Source: an uncultured virus (IMG/VR IMGVR_UViG_3300035145_001531)
Taxonomy: Duplodnaviria; Heunggongvirae; Uroviricota; Caudoviricetes
Direction: 5' to 3' (one strand)
DNA: 64,000 bases
Virus record (IMG/VR): IMGVR_UViG_3300035145_001531
Made by a program: the position numbers and the translations under genes. This document shows positions 8,158-17,195 of the stretch, piece by piece. The first letter of the stretch is position 1, and every line of letters begins with the position of its first letter. The notes under the pieces were generated by a model that did not search any database, was not told where the DNA came from, and was given only the letters and a program-made list of their open reading frames with translations.

Positions 8158-8454
8158 ATGGTTATCAAAACCACAAAAAGATTAAAGAAAGCGATGAGCG
8201 GGTTTATCTCAAATACAGATAAAGATAGCCTAATGAGGGCGAGTTATTATCAAATAACTAGAAATTTTACAAAAACAGTAAATCGCTTTGTTGCATTCAA
8301 AGACGAGGATAGGCTCATTGAAATACCACATGGTATTGGGCAGAGATCTAAATTTATAGATTTAATGGTAAAATACTTTGAATCTTTAGAAGAGTATGAG
8401 AAGTGCACTAAGTTAATGAAACTTAGAGAACTGGTCATGATGGCCGGTGATTAA
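8158..8454 (+). CDS. Hypothetical protein with UVR-like motif
   Basis: YFESLEEYEKCTKLMKLRE. Confidence 0.7.
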   Translation: MVIKTTKRLKKAMSGFISNTDKDSLMRASYYQITRNFTKTVNRFVAFKDEDRLIEIPHGIGQRSKFIDLMVKYFESLEEYEKCTKLMKLRELVMMAGD

Positions 8455-8468
8455 AAAAAATACACAAT

Positions 8469-9146
8469 ATGGCAAGAACCTCTAGAGCAGCATCGATTGC
8501 AGCTGGATTGAAAACAGTTCAATTAAGACAAGGGCAAAAACAATATGTAGAAACTATAAATAGAAACGATATAACATTTTGCTACGGACCAGCTGGAACA
8601 TCAAAAACATTTACAGCATGCTATACTGCGCTGCAGATGTTGCAGGAGAAGAAGATCAGTGAGATTATATTATGTAAACCTATCCAGGAAGCTGGTGAAA
8701 AACTAGGCCACCTACCCGGAGATATTGCAGACAAGGTAGATCCATATATGAAATCTTACAAATCTAACATTGAAAAAATTATTGGTGTTGAGCTAACTAA
8801 AACATTATTTGACAAAAAGGTAATTAGATTCGAGCCTCTTGCATATATGAGAGGAGACACCTTTGATGACGCCTTGATGATTCTTGATGAAGCACAGAAC
8901 GCAACATATAAACAGCTGATGCTTTTTGTAACAAGAATGGGTAAGAACAGTAAAGTTGTAGTTACCGGAGATGTAAGTCAACATGATATAGCCATCTCAC
9001 AAGTAAGTCTTCCTGGATTCATTGAATTAATCCACGACGTAAAGGGAGTCGGTATTCATAAGTTTACAGAGTCAGATATTGTTAGAGCCAAAATTTTACA
9101 AGAGGTTGTGGCAAGATATGACAAATGGAAAGCACAGAAAAAGTAA
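8469..9146 (+). CDS. phoH: PhoH-family ATPase
   Basis: GPAGTSKT, LGHLPGD, LAYMRGDTF, ILDEAQN, TRMG and GDVSQHD. Confidence 0.95.
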   Translation: MARTSRAASIAAGLKTVQLRQGQKQYVETINRNDITFCYGPAGTSKTFTACYTALQMLQEKKISEIILCKPIQEAGEKLGHLPGDIADKVDPYMKSYKSNIEKIIGVELTKTLFDKKVIRFEPLAYMRGDTFDDALMILDEAQNATYKQLMLFVTRMGKNSKVVVTGDVSQHDIAISQVSLPGFIELIHDVKGVGIHKFTESDIVRAKILQEVVARYDKWKAQKK

Positions 9147-9604
9147 AGATTAGAAAGGCCGCGTACGACGACCTGGATCAAATCTGTGAAATTTACACAG
9201 AAGCATTTGAGGGTGTAACCCAACCTGCAGTTAGACAGTGGTGGAATATACTAGATAATGAACAAATCCACTATTTTGTGGCCGAACAAGGCGGAAGGAT
9301 CGTAGGCGTGGCATCTCTTGTTATCATTAACAAATTAATCAGAGGCGGCAACCGCGTAGGTTTAATTGAAGATGTTGCAGTTTCTAAATTTGCAGGTAGT
9401 AGAGGAATAGGAAGGGCTTTAATTGAAAAATTAAAGAATAAATCAGTAGAGAAGGGTTGCTATAAAACTATCTTAAATTGCTCAGAAGACAACATAGGAT
9501 TCTATGAAAAATGTGGCTTCTATCAGAAAGAGGTACAGATGAGGTGGGATCGACCTGATGAATTTGCACCTAAAATTAAATCTAGAAACAAAGGACTATT
9601 TTAA
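9125..9604 (+). CDS. GNAT acetyltransferase, glucosamine-6-phosphate N-acetyltransferase (GNA1)-like
   Basis: KLIRGG..GLIEDVAV, RGIGRALI and GCYKTILNCSEDNIGFYEKCGF. Confidence 0.8.
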   Translation: MESTEKVKIRKAAYDDLDQICEIYTEAFEGVTQPAVRQWWNILDNEQIHYFVAEQGGRIVGVASLVIINKLIRGGNRVGLIEDVAVSKFAGSRGIGRALIEKLKNKSVEKGCYKTILNCSEDNIGFYEKCGFYQKEVQMRWDRPDEFAPKIKSRNKGLF

Positions 9605-9612
9605 GGTATAAC
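9586..9612 (+). promoter_or_regulatory. Putative middle promoter AAAC-N17-TATAAC (representative copy)
   Basis: The same bipartite motif lies at 14018, 14796, 15936 (N18), 22766 and 25787, each shortly upstream of a start codon. Confidence 0.6.
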
Positions 9613-9628
9613 TGCTAAAGTTATATCT

Positions 9629-10255
9629 ATGTCTAAACAAATATTATTAAAGTCGAGCCATAATCAAAATCCTCAAATAGTTGAGGTGGGCGTAGACGAA
9701 GCAGGTCGAGGAGCTCTTGCGGGACCTGTTACCGTGGCGGCGTGCATCATGCCATACGGCTTTCAACATGAACTTATTAAAGATTCTAAACTACTAAGTG
9801 AAGGTCAACGTGCTGAGGCTAGACAGATGGTCTTAGATAACGCGTTAGGCTACTCTATTCAACACATTGGTGTTGATGAAATAGAGAACACAAATATTTT
9901 AAAGGCTACATTAGAGGGCATGAGAAGAGCCCTAGAAGCTACAATCAAACAACATGATTTTGATTTTATTCTAGTAGATGGAGATCAGTTCCATGGGTTT
10001 GATGGTAAACCATTCGAGACTGTGGTCGGCGGAGATAATACTTATGTTAGTATCGCCGCAGCTTCTATCTTAGCCAAAACAGAAAGAGACCAGTACATGA
10101 AGTCTATTGAAGGCGGCAATGTATATGGTTGGGGATCTAATAAAGGCTATGGTACTAAACAACACATTAATGCTATTAGAGAATCTGGTGTAACCGAGCA
10201 TCATAGAGGATCTTTCATCTCACATTTATTAACCACCACAAATCAACTATTTTGA
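9629..10255 (+). CDS. rnhB: Ribonuclease HII
   Basis: GVDEAGRGALAGPV, DSKLL, VDG, SIAAASILAK..RD and NKGYGT..H. Confidence 0.95.
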   Translation: MSKQILLKSSHNQNPQIVEVGVDEAGRGALAGPVTVAACIMPYGFQHELIKDSKLLSEGQRAEARQMVLDNALGYSIQHIGVDEIENTNILKATLEGMRRALEATIKQHDFDFILVDGDQFHGFDGKPFETVVGGDNTYVSIAAASILAKTERDQYMKSIEGGNVYGWGSNKGYGTKQHINAIRESGVTEHHRGSFISHLLTTTNQLF

Positions 10256-10599
10256 GAGGATTATTAGCAGGAGTATTATTATTTTTAGCAGGTCAAACGC
10301 TAATTTGGTTTCAGACCAACGGACAGTTCCTTAATGAATGGGCAAAGAAAAATCCGCTGATTCTCTCTGTGGTCGGGGGTACTGCTATCTCATATATGTT
10401 CATTAAAGCTACTGCGTTAATCGCAGAACATTATGATGGCTTATTGTGGCCAGGTAGGTTCATTGGTTTTTCAATGGGTATTACATCCTTTGCATTTTTA
10501 ACATGGGCCTTTATGGGTGAGGGTATTAATATGAAAACTGCGGTTTCATTAATATTAGCATTTGCTCTAATCTCGGTTCAATTATTTTGGAAAGTATGA
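10252..10599 (+). CDS. Small 4-TM membrane protein (DMT/SMR-like topology)
   Basis: Four hydrophobic segments. The TTG start overlaps the rnhB stop. Confidence 0.6.
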   Translation: MRGLLAGVLLFLAGQTLIWFQTNGQFLNEWAKKNPLILSVVGGTAISYMFIKATALIAEHYDGLLWPGRFIGFSMGITSFAFLTWAFMGEGINMKTAVSLILAFALISVQLFWKV

Positions 10600-10847
10600 A
10601 ACTACCCTGGCAAGAGAAAGGTAAACCTACAAACGTAGTAGTCTATAAAAAGCAGAAGAGTAGTAATAAACATTATATGATTGTGACAGATATTCATATT
10701 GATATTATCAACAATGCTCGGGCCACAAAACCGATTGTTGACCACAAATATGAGATCGTAGAACTTGGAATTGGCGAAGGCTTTATTGAGTCTTGGTCAA
10801 AAAAGTATAACATTAAAAAACCTGAGGTACTTAGTAAGTATGGATGA
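10596..10847 (+). CDS. Hypothetical protein
   Basis: ATGA coupling with the upstream stop. Starts MKLPWQEK. Confidence 0.6.
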   Translation: MKLPWQEKGKPTNVVVYKKQKSSNKHYMIVTDIHIDIINNARATKPIVDHKYEIVELGIGEGFIESWSKKYNIKKPEVLSKYG

Positions 10848-10968
10848 TAAAGGTAAGCAATTATCTATAAGAACATTAACAGCGATGGCTAAACAAGGTA
10901 TTGGCCATGGTAATCTAAAAGAGGTAGTTGCTAAACTGAAGAAAAAAAGAAAGAAAGATGCAAAATAA
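10840..10968 (+). CDS. Small basic hypothetical protein
   Basis: Likely start is ATG 10840 (MDDKGKQL...KKKRKKDAK). Confidence 0.45.
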   Translation: MDDKGKQLSIRTLTAMAKQGIGHGNLKEVVAKLKKKRKKDAK

Positions 10969-11001
10969 TTTTTTTATGTCAATCTTTTTTATTATATTTG
11001 C
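10961..11001 (+). promoter_or_regulatory. Early-type promoter repeat, partial copy with Bacteroidota -7 element
   Basis: TTTTTTATGTCAATCTTTTTTATTATATTTGC. TATATTTG matches the TAnnTTTG consensus. Confidence 0.7.
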
Positions 11002-11024
11002 AATGCATAACAAACACTAATTAT

Positions 11025-11234
11025 ATGAAACAATTTTTATTAGCACTGGTTACCCTTTTTGTTTTTGTGCCAGCATCAGTATTCGTCGCCACTATTTTGT
11101 GGAACTCGGTGTTGACTGATATTGTAAGTTGGGCTAATCCAATTACATTCTGGCAAATGTTTGGTCTAATGGTTCTGTTGTGGATCGTATGGCCTGGGCA
11201 AAAACCAAAAATAACAATTAAGAATGACGAGTAA
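11025..11234 (+). CDS. Two-TM membrane protein
   Basis: Likely start is ATG 11025. It has two hydrophobic helices and an ITFWQ motif. Confidence 0.65.
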   Translation: MKQFLLALVTLFVFVPASVFVATILWNSVLTDIVSWANPITFWQMFGLMVLLWIVWPGQKPKITIKNDE

Positions 11235-11685
11235 GAAGATAGTTTACTTTGATATGGACGGCGTGCTGGTAGATCTAGCGGCCAAAATAGCAGAGTACCC
11301 TCCAGAAGTGATTAAGAGAGCAGAAGAATTAGATCTAGTAGATCAGATGCCTGCGCTCTTTTTAGACCCACCTCCAATGAAAGGTGCAATAGATGCATTC
11401 AACAAGTTTGTGAACTCAGACAAGTATGACTGTTATATCTTAAGCACTGCTCCATGGGAAAACCCATCGGCGTGGATGCACAAAAGATTGTGGGTTGACA
11501 AGTACCTGGGTGAAGGAGCTTACAAGAGACTTATTCTGTCTCATAATAAAAACCTAAACATGGGCGACTACCTCATCGACGATAGAACTAAGAATGGAGC
11601 TGGTGAATTCAGCGGTGAGTTGATACAGTTTGGAAGTGATGAATTTCCAAATTGGCATAGCGTAGTAAACTACTTAAAGCCATAG
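11224..11685 (+). CDS. 5'(3')-deoxyribonucleotidase (NT5C, HAD)
   Basis: FDMDGVLVD, ILSTAPW, KRLWV and GDYLIDDR. Confidence 0.9.
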   Translation: MTSKKIVYFDMDGVLVDLAAKIAEYPPEVIKRAEELDLVDQMPALFLDPPPMKGAIDAFNKFVNSDKYDCYILSTAPWENPSAWMHKRLWVDKYLGEGAYKRLILSHNKNLNMGDYLIDDRTKNGAGEFSGELIQFGSDEFPNWHSVVNYLKP

Positions 11686-11686
11686 T

Positions 11687-11932
11687 ATGAATACATTTAA
11701 ATCTAACCTAGACTACATCTTCGATCTAATTAGAAAGACTGGCAGGGTGATTAAATCTTGCTATAATTCTGAACAGTTGGAAGGTGCTCATAAATACGTA
11801 GATAATCTAGAAAGGTATCTTACACATTTTGAAAGATCTCCTAGAGAAGAGAAGTTCTGCACCACTCAGATTGCTGAGTTTCGTAAGATGTTAAGAATTA
11901 AAGGCAGAGCATTCAATGATATTATCGATTGA
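11687..11932 (+). CDS. Hypothetical protein
   Basis: ORF in operon context. Confidence 0.6.
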   Translation: MNTFKSNLDYIFDLIRKTGRVIKSCYNSEQLEGAHKYVDNLERYLTHFERSPREEKFCTTQIAEFRKMLRIKGRAFNDIID

Positions 11933-12149
11933 GGATCGGTTAGATCGAATTAGAAGTACAACGCATGTGGTCCGAGTTGACGACATGGCAGTATATCGAG
12001 TAAAGAACTATAAAATTATAGACCACAATATTATCTTTGTAGAAACTGAAACTGATCTTTGGTTTCAAGATCTAGATGTTATGACCCTAGAAGAATGTTC
12101 TAGAGCTGAAAGAGCGGTACAAAAAATCAAAGATAATCTGCAAAAATAA
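11916..12149 (+). CDS. Hypothetical protein
   Basis: ORF in operon context. Confidence 0.55.
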   Translation: MILSIEDRLDRIRSTTHVVRVDDMAVYRVKNYKIIDHNIIFVETETDLWFQDLDVMTLEECSRAERAVQKIKDNLQK

Positions 12150-12194
12150 TTGCCTCTAGATTTTTTTATGTCAGTAAAATTGTTTATATTAGTA
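12142..12194 (+). promoter_or_regulatory. Early-type promoter repeat (copy 3)
   Basis: AAAAATAATTGCCTCTAGATTTTTTTATGTCAGTAAAATTGTTTATATTAGTA. Confidence 0.75.
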
Positions 12195-12211
12195 TCATAA
12201 ATCATAACAAA

Positions 12212-12670
12212 ATGAAAAACGTAATTTTTGATCTTGACGGAACTTTAGCACTCATCGATAAGAGGAGAGCTATCTCTCTTTTGAAAAATGGTAAGATGGA
12301 TTGGGATGTATTCTTCGATCCTAAGAACATTGACCTTGACCAGCCTAACCATGCAGTTATTGCAATGGCTCAGACCTTGAAAGCTGCTGGCAATAGAATT
12401 GTTATCTTATCCGGTAGAAGTAAAGCTACTAAAGACGCCACTAAAGCTTGGTTGCAGAAGTTCGATGTACCTTTTGATGTCTTAAAGATGAGACCTACCT
12501 CTAACGACTTTAAGTTTATGCCTGATGATAAACTTAAGCAAATGTGGTTAGACCAACTCTTTACTGATAAGAGTGATATTATCTGCGTCTTTGATGACAG
12601 ACAGAAGGTAGTTGATATGTGGAGAAATAATGGTCTAACTTGTATGCAGGTTGCACCAGGTGACTTCTAG
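12212..12670 (+). CDS. HAD phosphatase resembling the T4 polynucleotide kinase 3'-phosphatase domain
   Basis: FDLDGTLA, LSGR, LKMRP, FDDRQKVVDMWR and QVAPGDF. Confidence 0.88.
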   Translation: MKNVIFDLDGTLALIDKRRAISLLKNGKMDWDVFFDPKNIDLDQPNHAVIAMAQTLKAAGNRIVILSGRSKATKDATKAWLQKFDVPFDVLKMRPTSNDFKFMPDDKLKQMWLDQLFTDKSDIICVFDDRQKVVDMWRNNGLTCMQVAPGDF

Positions 12671-12690
12671 AATTGTTAACAACTTTTTGC

Positions 12691-12753
12691 AAAAAAGCTG
12701 CCATAGAATTTTTTTATGTCAGCTTTTTTTATTATATTAGTACTGTAATTAAA
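12691..12753 (+). promoter_or_regulatory. Early-type promoter repeat (copy 4)
   Basis: AAAAAAGCTGCCATAGAATTTTTTTATGTCAGCTTTTTTTATTATATTAGTACTGTAATTAAA. Confidence 0.75.
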
Positions 12754-12765
12754 GCAATACAACAA

Positions 12766-13068
12766 ATGAATAAAATTCTAACATTTCCGTTCCGCCACCC
12801 ACTTGGAGACTGTACCAACAATGGTCTAACTTCAGTAGGTGATTCTTTCAATCTTTACTTTGATGTTGAAGACGTAGATAACGTCCCAGATGATTCATTA
12901 ATTTTGATTAAGCGCGAGTTATGGGGTAAACCTGCTTGGTATGCAAAACCTGCATCGCTTGTAAAGTCTGGCGAGCACTCGATGATGGGCGGTAACTTTG
13001 TTTACACTTCGGATTCAAGATTCCCTGGCGATGCGCCAATTCCTGTTCACGATAGAGTAGAAGCATAA
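12766..13068 (+). CDS. Hypothetical phage protein
   Basis: Likely start is ATG 12766, after the promoter repeat. Motifs include DCTNNG, MMGGNFVYTSDSRF and IPVHDR. Confidence 0.7.
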   Translation: MNKILTFPFRHPLGDCTNNGLTSVGDSFNLYFDVEDVDNVPDDSLILIKRELWGKPAWYAKPASLVKSGEHSMMGGNFVYTSDSRFPGDAPIPVHDRVEA

Positions 13069-13280
13069 TGACAGATTTTTACACACATCCTAAAGGTACA
13101 ACTTGGTACTATCGAGAGATGGGTTCTAGGAATAAGAAGACAGGTAAACTCTCATACTACAATGTTAAAGTCACAGACTATAAGATTGTGGACTGTGAGT
13201 GTAAAGCCAGAGAGTTTAGCAGATATACTCCATGCAAACACATGAAAAATTTGCACAAAAAACTTGGCCACAGCCTGTAA
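13068..13280 (+). CDS. SWIM-type zinc finger protein
   Basis: CECKA...PCKH (CxC-xn-CxH). Confidence 0.75.
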   Translation: MTDFYTHPKGTTWYYREMGSRNKKTGKLSYYNVKVTDYKIVDCECKAREFSRYTPCKHMKNLHKKLGHSL

Positions 13281-13310
13281 GTTTTGGAAAAAGCATGTAA
13301 TTATACTAAT

Positions 13311-13784
13311 ATGGAAGCAGTTAAAAAAATACAAGCCCTCTTGGAAGAGGCACAACAAATCGCAAAAGACGAATTAGACTTAGACAACATATTCTACAAT
13401 GAGAGGTTCATAGAGATGTTTATGGCACACCACTTGGGCCACGAATATGGTAACAATACCCAGGGTGGCGATGCCTTAGATGCCACGAAAACGCCTACAG
13501 AATATAAGGCAATCAATCTCAGAAACAAGGGCAAATCTGGTACCTTCCAGTTCCATTGGTTATCTGAGAACAAAATCAAGAAATACGGCCAGACCAACAA
13601 TATGTACTTTGCAGTTCGAGATGGCGTAACTATCAAGAAGATCTACGAAGTGCCTACTGGTACTATCATGCCGATTCTAGAAGAGAAGGCAACCGGTGGT
13701 AAGTCAATCCACGGTCACGCAGGATTTAACGAGAAGAAATTAGTAGAAGAATTAAAAGCAAAATTAGTATATGGCGAAGAGTAA
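13311..13784 (+). CDS. PvuII-like PD-(D/E)xK endonuclease
   Basis: DNIF, GGDALD...EYKAIN, FQFH, IKKY and YFAV.DG..I.KIY are colinear with R.PvuII motifs as recalled, and the length (~157 aa) is similar. Confidence 0.65.
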   Translation: MEAVKKIQALLEEAQQIAKDELDLDNIFYNERFIEMFMAHHLGHEYGNNTQGGDALDATKTPTEYKAINLRNKGKSGTFQFHWLSENKIKKYGQTNNMYFAVRDGVTIKKIYEVPTGTIMPILEEKATGGKSIHGHAGFNEKKLVEELKAKLVYGEE

Positions 13785-14019
13785 GACACCAGTATCATTG
13801 CTGATCGAAGCAATGCAAGAAGAATTAGAGTCTAGTCCAAAAGAGGTTTGGCCAGGCCTAGAGTATGCAATCGCGATGGCAAAAAGAATGCTGCCTGAAG
13901 AAAAAGAAGTAATGTGCAAGTTTGCAGAAGACTGGGCTGAGGCGAAGGCTCGGACCGATCGAATGTATCAACAGGAGATGGATGAATTCAATAGCCACCT
14001 AGGTAAATTCAGACCGTAA
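13771..14019 (+). CDS. Hypothetical protein
   Basis: ORF in operon context. Confidence 0.6.
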   Translation: MAKSKTPVSLLIEAMQEELESSPKEVWPGLEYAIAMAKRMLPEEKEVMCKFAEDWAEAKARTDRMYQQEMDEFNSHLGKFRP

Positions 14020-14048
14020 ACAATTAATAACTTTAAACTATAAACTAT

Positions 14049-14231
14049 ATGACACTACAAGAATTAAAATCCTATGCAGAAGAAATGTCTGCAAAATACC
14101 CACAACATGACGAAGAAATTAGAGACCTTTACTTCTTAGCAGTAACTGAAGTAGAAGATGGTGAGTCGGAATGGAATGAATGCGAGCTCGCGTGGGCTGA
14201 TATTAACTCTTTAATAGAGGATAATGAGTAG
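14049..14231 (+). CDS. Small acidic hypothetical protein
   Basis: Preceded by AAAC-N17-TATAAA. Confidence 0.6.
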   Translation: MTLQELKSYAEEMSAKYPQHDEEIRDLYFLAVTEVEDGESEWNECELAWADINSLIEDNE

Positions 14232-14811
14232 ACAGTTTACATGGTGGCGTAGATTCTGGGGTACTCAAAAGATACCTAAAAAATATCTATACAAAGCTGC
14301 TAGTGAATTGTTACAGCGTATTGAATTTGGTGAATTTGAGGTTGACAACTTAGGCCGAGAGTATTATCTTGAAGATGCAATCTTTGAACAGTATTGCGCA
14401 GAACTGAGAGCAGAAAAACCTTGGTTAGCAGGGGATTCATTCGAGGAACAAATCAGAGACTATCGCAAGCAGCAAAATAAACGTAAACAGTTGATTATGA
14501 AAGCTCACCTAGAAGCAGAGCAAAAACTACTGTGGTCTCTTGCTGAAAAGTTAGCGCTGGAATTTGACCTTTCAAAAGAATTTGTATCTGATGAGATGGA
14601 ACGGTTTGACGGTACAACTAGAGAACTTTACTTTCATATCAAATCAATTGCGCTAGGTAGAACGTATGACCCTGATAAAACACCTAGGTTGATTCAAGAA
14701 CAGCCAAGACATATCCTTAAACCAAAGGAGCGTAAGTATGTAGATCTTTGGATGGGACTCGTTAAAGAGCACAAATGGCAAGACTTTTTAAATTGGAACA
14801 ACTATCAATAA
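14224..14811 (+). CDS. Hypothetical protein
   Basis: 195 aa ORF overlapping the upstream stop. Confidence 0.7.
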   Translation: MSRQFTWWRRFWGTQKIPKKYLYKAASELLQRIEFGEFEVDNLGREYYLEDAIFEQYCAELRAEKPWLAGDSFEEQIRDYRKQQNKRKQLIMKAHLEAEQKLLWSLAEKLALEFDLSKEFVSDEMERFDGTTRELYFHIKSIALGRTYDPDKTPRLIQEQPRHILKPKERKYVDLWMGLVKEHKWQDFLNWNNYQ

Positions 14812-14839
14812 CTACATATAACTAATATCAAACGCGGGT

Positions 14840-15046
14840 ATGAACTTAATACAATACATCATTACATATCTTATGATTGGCGTCGCAGTCAATGCCGGTT
14901 GGGATCTCTTAACAGATATTTCTAAAAATGAAGAGATCAGATTGACCATGGCCGAGCGCGTAGCCATGTGTTTTATTTGGCCTATTTACGTATCAGTGTT
15001 CTTGTATAACTTTATCAAAACTATTGTAAATGGAAACAGAGACTAA
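14840..15046 (+). CDS. Two-TM membrane protein
   Basis: Hydrophobic helices with a FIWP motif. Confidence 0.6.
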   Translation: MNLIQYIITYLMIGVAVNAGWDLLTDISKNEEIRLTMAERVAMCFIWPIYVSVFLYNFIKTIVNGNRD

Positions 15047-15962
15047 CTACGGATATTGTTGCATCAATATGCAGCTTAGGGGGCAAAAGCCTTCGATCAC
15101 TACTAACCGCAGTATGATTAAGCGGACGTTTGATGAGAAGGGACCTGACTATGCATCAGAACTTATTGTACAGAACGTACGAGATCTACGCGAGATTATT
15201 AAATGGAATGAAGCCAATGGTATCAAGCTCTATCGCATGTCTTCCGATATTATGCCATGGATGTCCGAGTACAATATCTCAGATCTCAAAGACTTTAAAA
15301 TTATTCAAACTATTCTAGAAGACTGTGGCGATCTAGCTAGGGAGTACGGTCAGAGGATTACATTCCACCCTGGACCATTCGATGTCCTCGCATCTAAAAA
15401 TGAAAACGTAGTAGCCAAATCTATTGCTGACCTCAACAAGCATGGCGAAATATTTGACCTGATGGGTCTACCACGTACTCCCTACGCTGCGATCAACATT
15501 CACGTCAATACTACACAAGGCGGAAAAGAAGAGGCGATGCAACGCTTCGTAGATAATTTCCATCTACTTGATGCATCTGTTAAAACTCGCCTGGTTGTAG
15601 AGAATGACGATAAACAAAAGCAATATGCGGTCGAAGACTTGTACACTGGTATTCATAATAAAATAGGTATTCCTATTACATTTGACTATCACCACCACTG
15701 GTGCCATCCAGGTGAATTGTCTCAAGAAGAAGCACTTAAACTGGCTTCAACTACATGGCCTAAAGGTATTAAGCAACTTTGTCATTACTCGTCTTGTAAG
15801 CAGGTTTATGAAGATGCTAGCGTAATGGCGCGAGCACATGCTGATTACATCTATGATGAAATTAATGACTACGGTCTTAATTTAGATATTGAGCTTGAGG
15901 CGAAAGCTAAAGAGTTAGCTGTTCAAAAATATGTGAAACAATTTGTATCACAACTAGTATAA
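15030..15962 (+). CDS. uvsE: UV damage endonuclease UvsE
   Basis: GYCCIN, YRMSSD, FHPGPF, NIHV, LVVENDDK, FDYHHH, HYS, HADY and ELEAKAKE. Confidence 0.95.
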   Translation: METETNYGYCCINMQLRGQKPSITTNRSMIKRTFDEKGPDYASELIVQNVRDLREIIKWNEANGIKLYRMSSDIMPWMSEYNISDLKDFKIIQTILEDCGDLAREYGQRITFHPGPFDVLASKNENVVAKSIADLNKHGEIFDLMGLPRTPYAAINIHVNTTQGGKEEAMQRFVDNFHLLDASVKTRLVVENDDKQKQYAVEDLYTGIHNKIGIPITFDYHHHWCHPGELSQEEALKLASTTWPKGIKQLCHYSSCKQVYEDASVMARAHADYIYDEINDYGLNLDIELEAKAKELAVQKYVKQFVSQLV

Positions 15963-15980
15963 CCCCTAAATAATTATTAC

Positions 15981-16187
15981 ATGAAAAAGATCTTGAATTT
16001 TCTAGGTACTGTATTGCAAACGATCGGCACCGCATTTTTAAATCAGTTCTATTACCTATTGGGTATTATCTGGATGTTTGCATCCTTTGCATACCTTGGT
16101 GAACCTAAATTTTGGGTGATTTTAGGCTTCGGAACTATATTCACAGGAATTCAGTCAATTATCAATGAACTTAAATTAGCAAAATAG
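15981..16187 (+). CDS. Small membrane protein
   Basis: Hydrophobic 68 aa ORF. Confidence 0.6.
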   Translation: MKKILNFLGTVLQTIGTAFLNQFYYLLGIIWMFASFAYLGEPKFWVILGFGTIFTGIQSIINELKLAK

Positions 16188-16188
16188 T

Positions 16189-16437
16189 ATGGATTTAAAA
16201 GTAGATGCTCTTAGAGCAAAGTACCAAGCAGAAAAACTAGAAGCAATCGCAACCCTTGAGGTCTACGTTAAGAACGCAGCCGGAATCGGTGAACACCCGC
16301 AAATCATCGAGGAGATGGCAAATCTCGTGGAAAAGGTCGCTAACGCAAATGATTGCTTAGAAGCGTTAGACGAAATCTTCGTAAGGACCGGAGATAACAC
16401 AAGCAACGTAGCTCAAGAAGGCTCCGTCAACAGTTGA
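16189..16437 (+). CDS. Conserved hypothetical phage protein
   Basis: AGIGEHPQIIEE motif, recalled from aquatic T4-like phages. Confidence 0.65.
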   Translation: MDLKVDALRAKYQAEKLEAIATLEVYVKNAAGIGEHPQIIEEMANLVEKVANANDCLEALDEIFVRTGDNTSNVAQEGSVNS

Positions 16438-16471
16438 TTTATTTAGGCTAGACATAGAACGACTAGGAGCT

Positions 16472-16500
16472 AAGGGACCCAAACGTGGGTCCCTTTTTTT
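16472..16500 (+). terminator. Rho-independent terminator
   Basis: AAGGGACCCA-AACG-TGGGTCCCTT followed by a T run. Confidence 0.9.
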
Positions 16501-16514
16501 GTGATATATAATAA

Positions 16515-17195
16515 ATGAAACACATTTTATCAAAACCAATTTTTGAAAGATACTCTAAACTAGACTCGATCTCTAATAAATTATTAGGTGATGTGTTTAG
16601 ACAATGGGTATTGGATTTTCAGAACGGTAAGAAGTCTTCACACTTCTCTTTCTCGGTTGAGCAACCAGGTTTAACTTTTGATCTGGAGGCTTCAATCTAT
16701 TTTAAGGGTAATGGTTTTGAGATATACGATACAACTGGCGCCGATGGCAGAGATGAAGATGCAGACGGTGACTGGCAAGACCCATATATTATTATAGACT
16801 TTGGATGTAACCCTGAATGGTTACCTACTTATTGGTCGACCGTCTATTTCCATTTAGCAGACGTGATGCGCCATGAGATCGAACATATTACACAAGATGG
16901 TATTGACATTGGTAACTATAGAAAGGGTAAACCTAATGAACCAGATGATTTGATGAGATCGATGATTCATAATGGTATGCTTCCAAAAATGTATTATCTA
17001 CTGCTACCTAAAGAAGTCGATGCAAATCTACAAGGTTTAAGGTTTGAAGCTAAGAAACGTAAAGAAAAAACTATCGATGCGGTTAATAGATACTTGGATT
17101 CTAAAGAAGAGATGGGAGAGATTACATCTAAAGAAAGAGAAGAAGTCTTGGTTAAGTGGACTGCTCGCGCGAAACAATTAGGCTTTAAATTATGA
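16515..17195 (+). CDS. Zincin-like metallopeptidase with capsid-targeting-like N-terminus
   Basis: HEIEH motif with downstream EVDA. Starts MKHILSKPIFE. Confidence 0.6.
   Translation: MKHILSKPIFERYSKLDSISNKLLGDVFRQWVLDFQNGKKSSHFSFSVEQPGLTFDLEASIYFKGNGFEIYDTTGADGRDEDADGDWQDPYIIIDFGCNPEWLPTYWSTVYFHLADVMRHEIEHITQDGIDIGNYRKGKPNEPDDLMRSMIHNGMLPKMYYLLLPKEVDANLQGLRFEAKKRKEKTIDAVNRYLDSKEEMGEITSKEREEVLVKWTARAKQLGFKL

Noticed and set aside
5227..12753. Dispersed 60-bp repeats as CRISPR repeats, IS ends or attC sites
   Set aside because: Spacing is irregular and kb-scale, there is no transposase or integrase in the window, and the copies are always oriented just upstream of starts, which fits promoters better.
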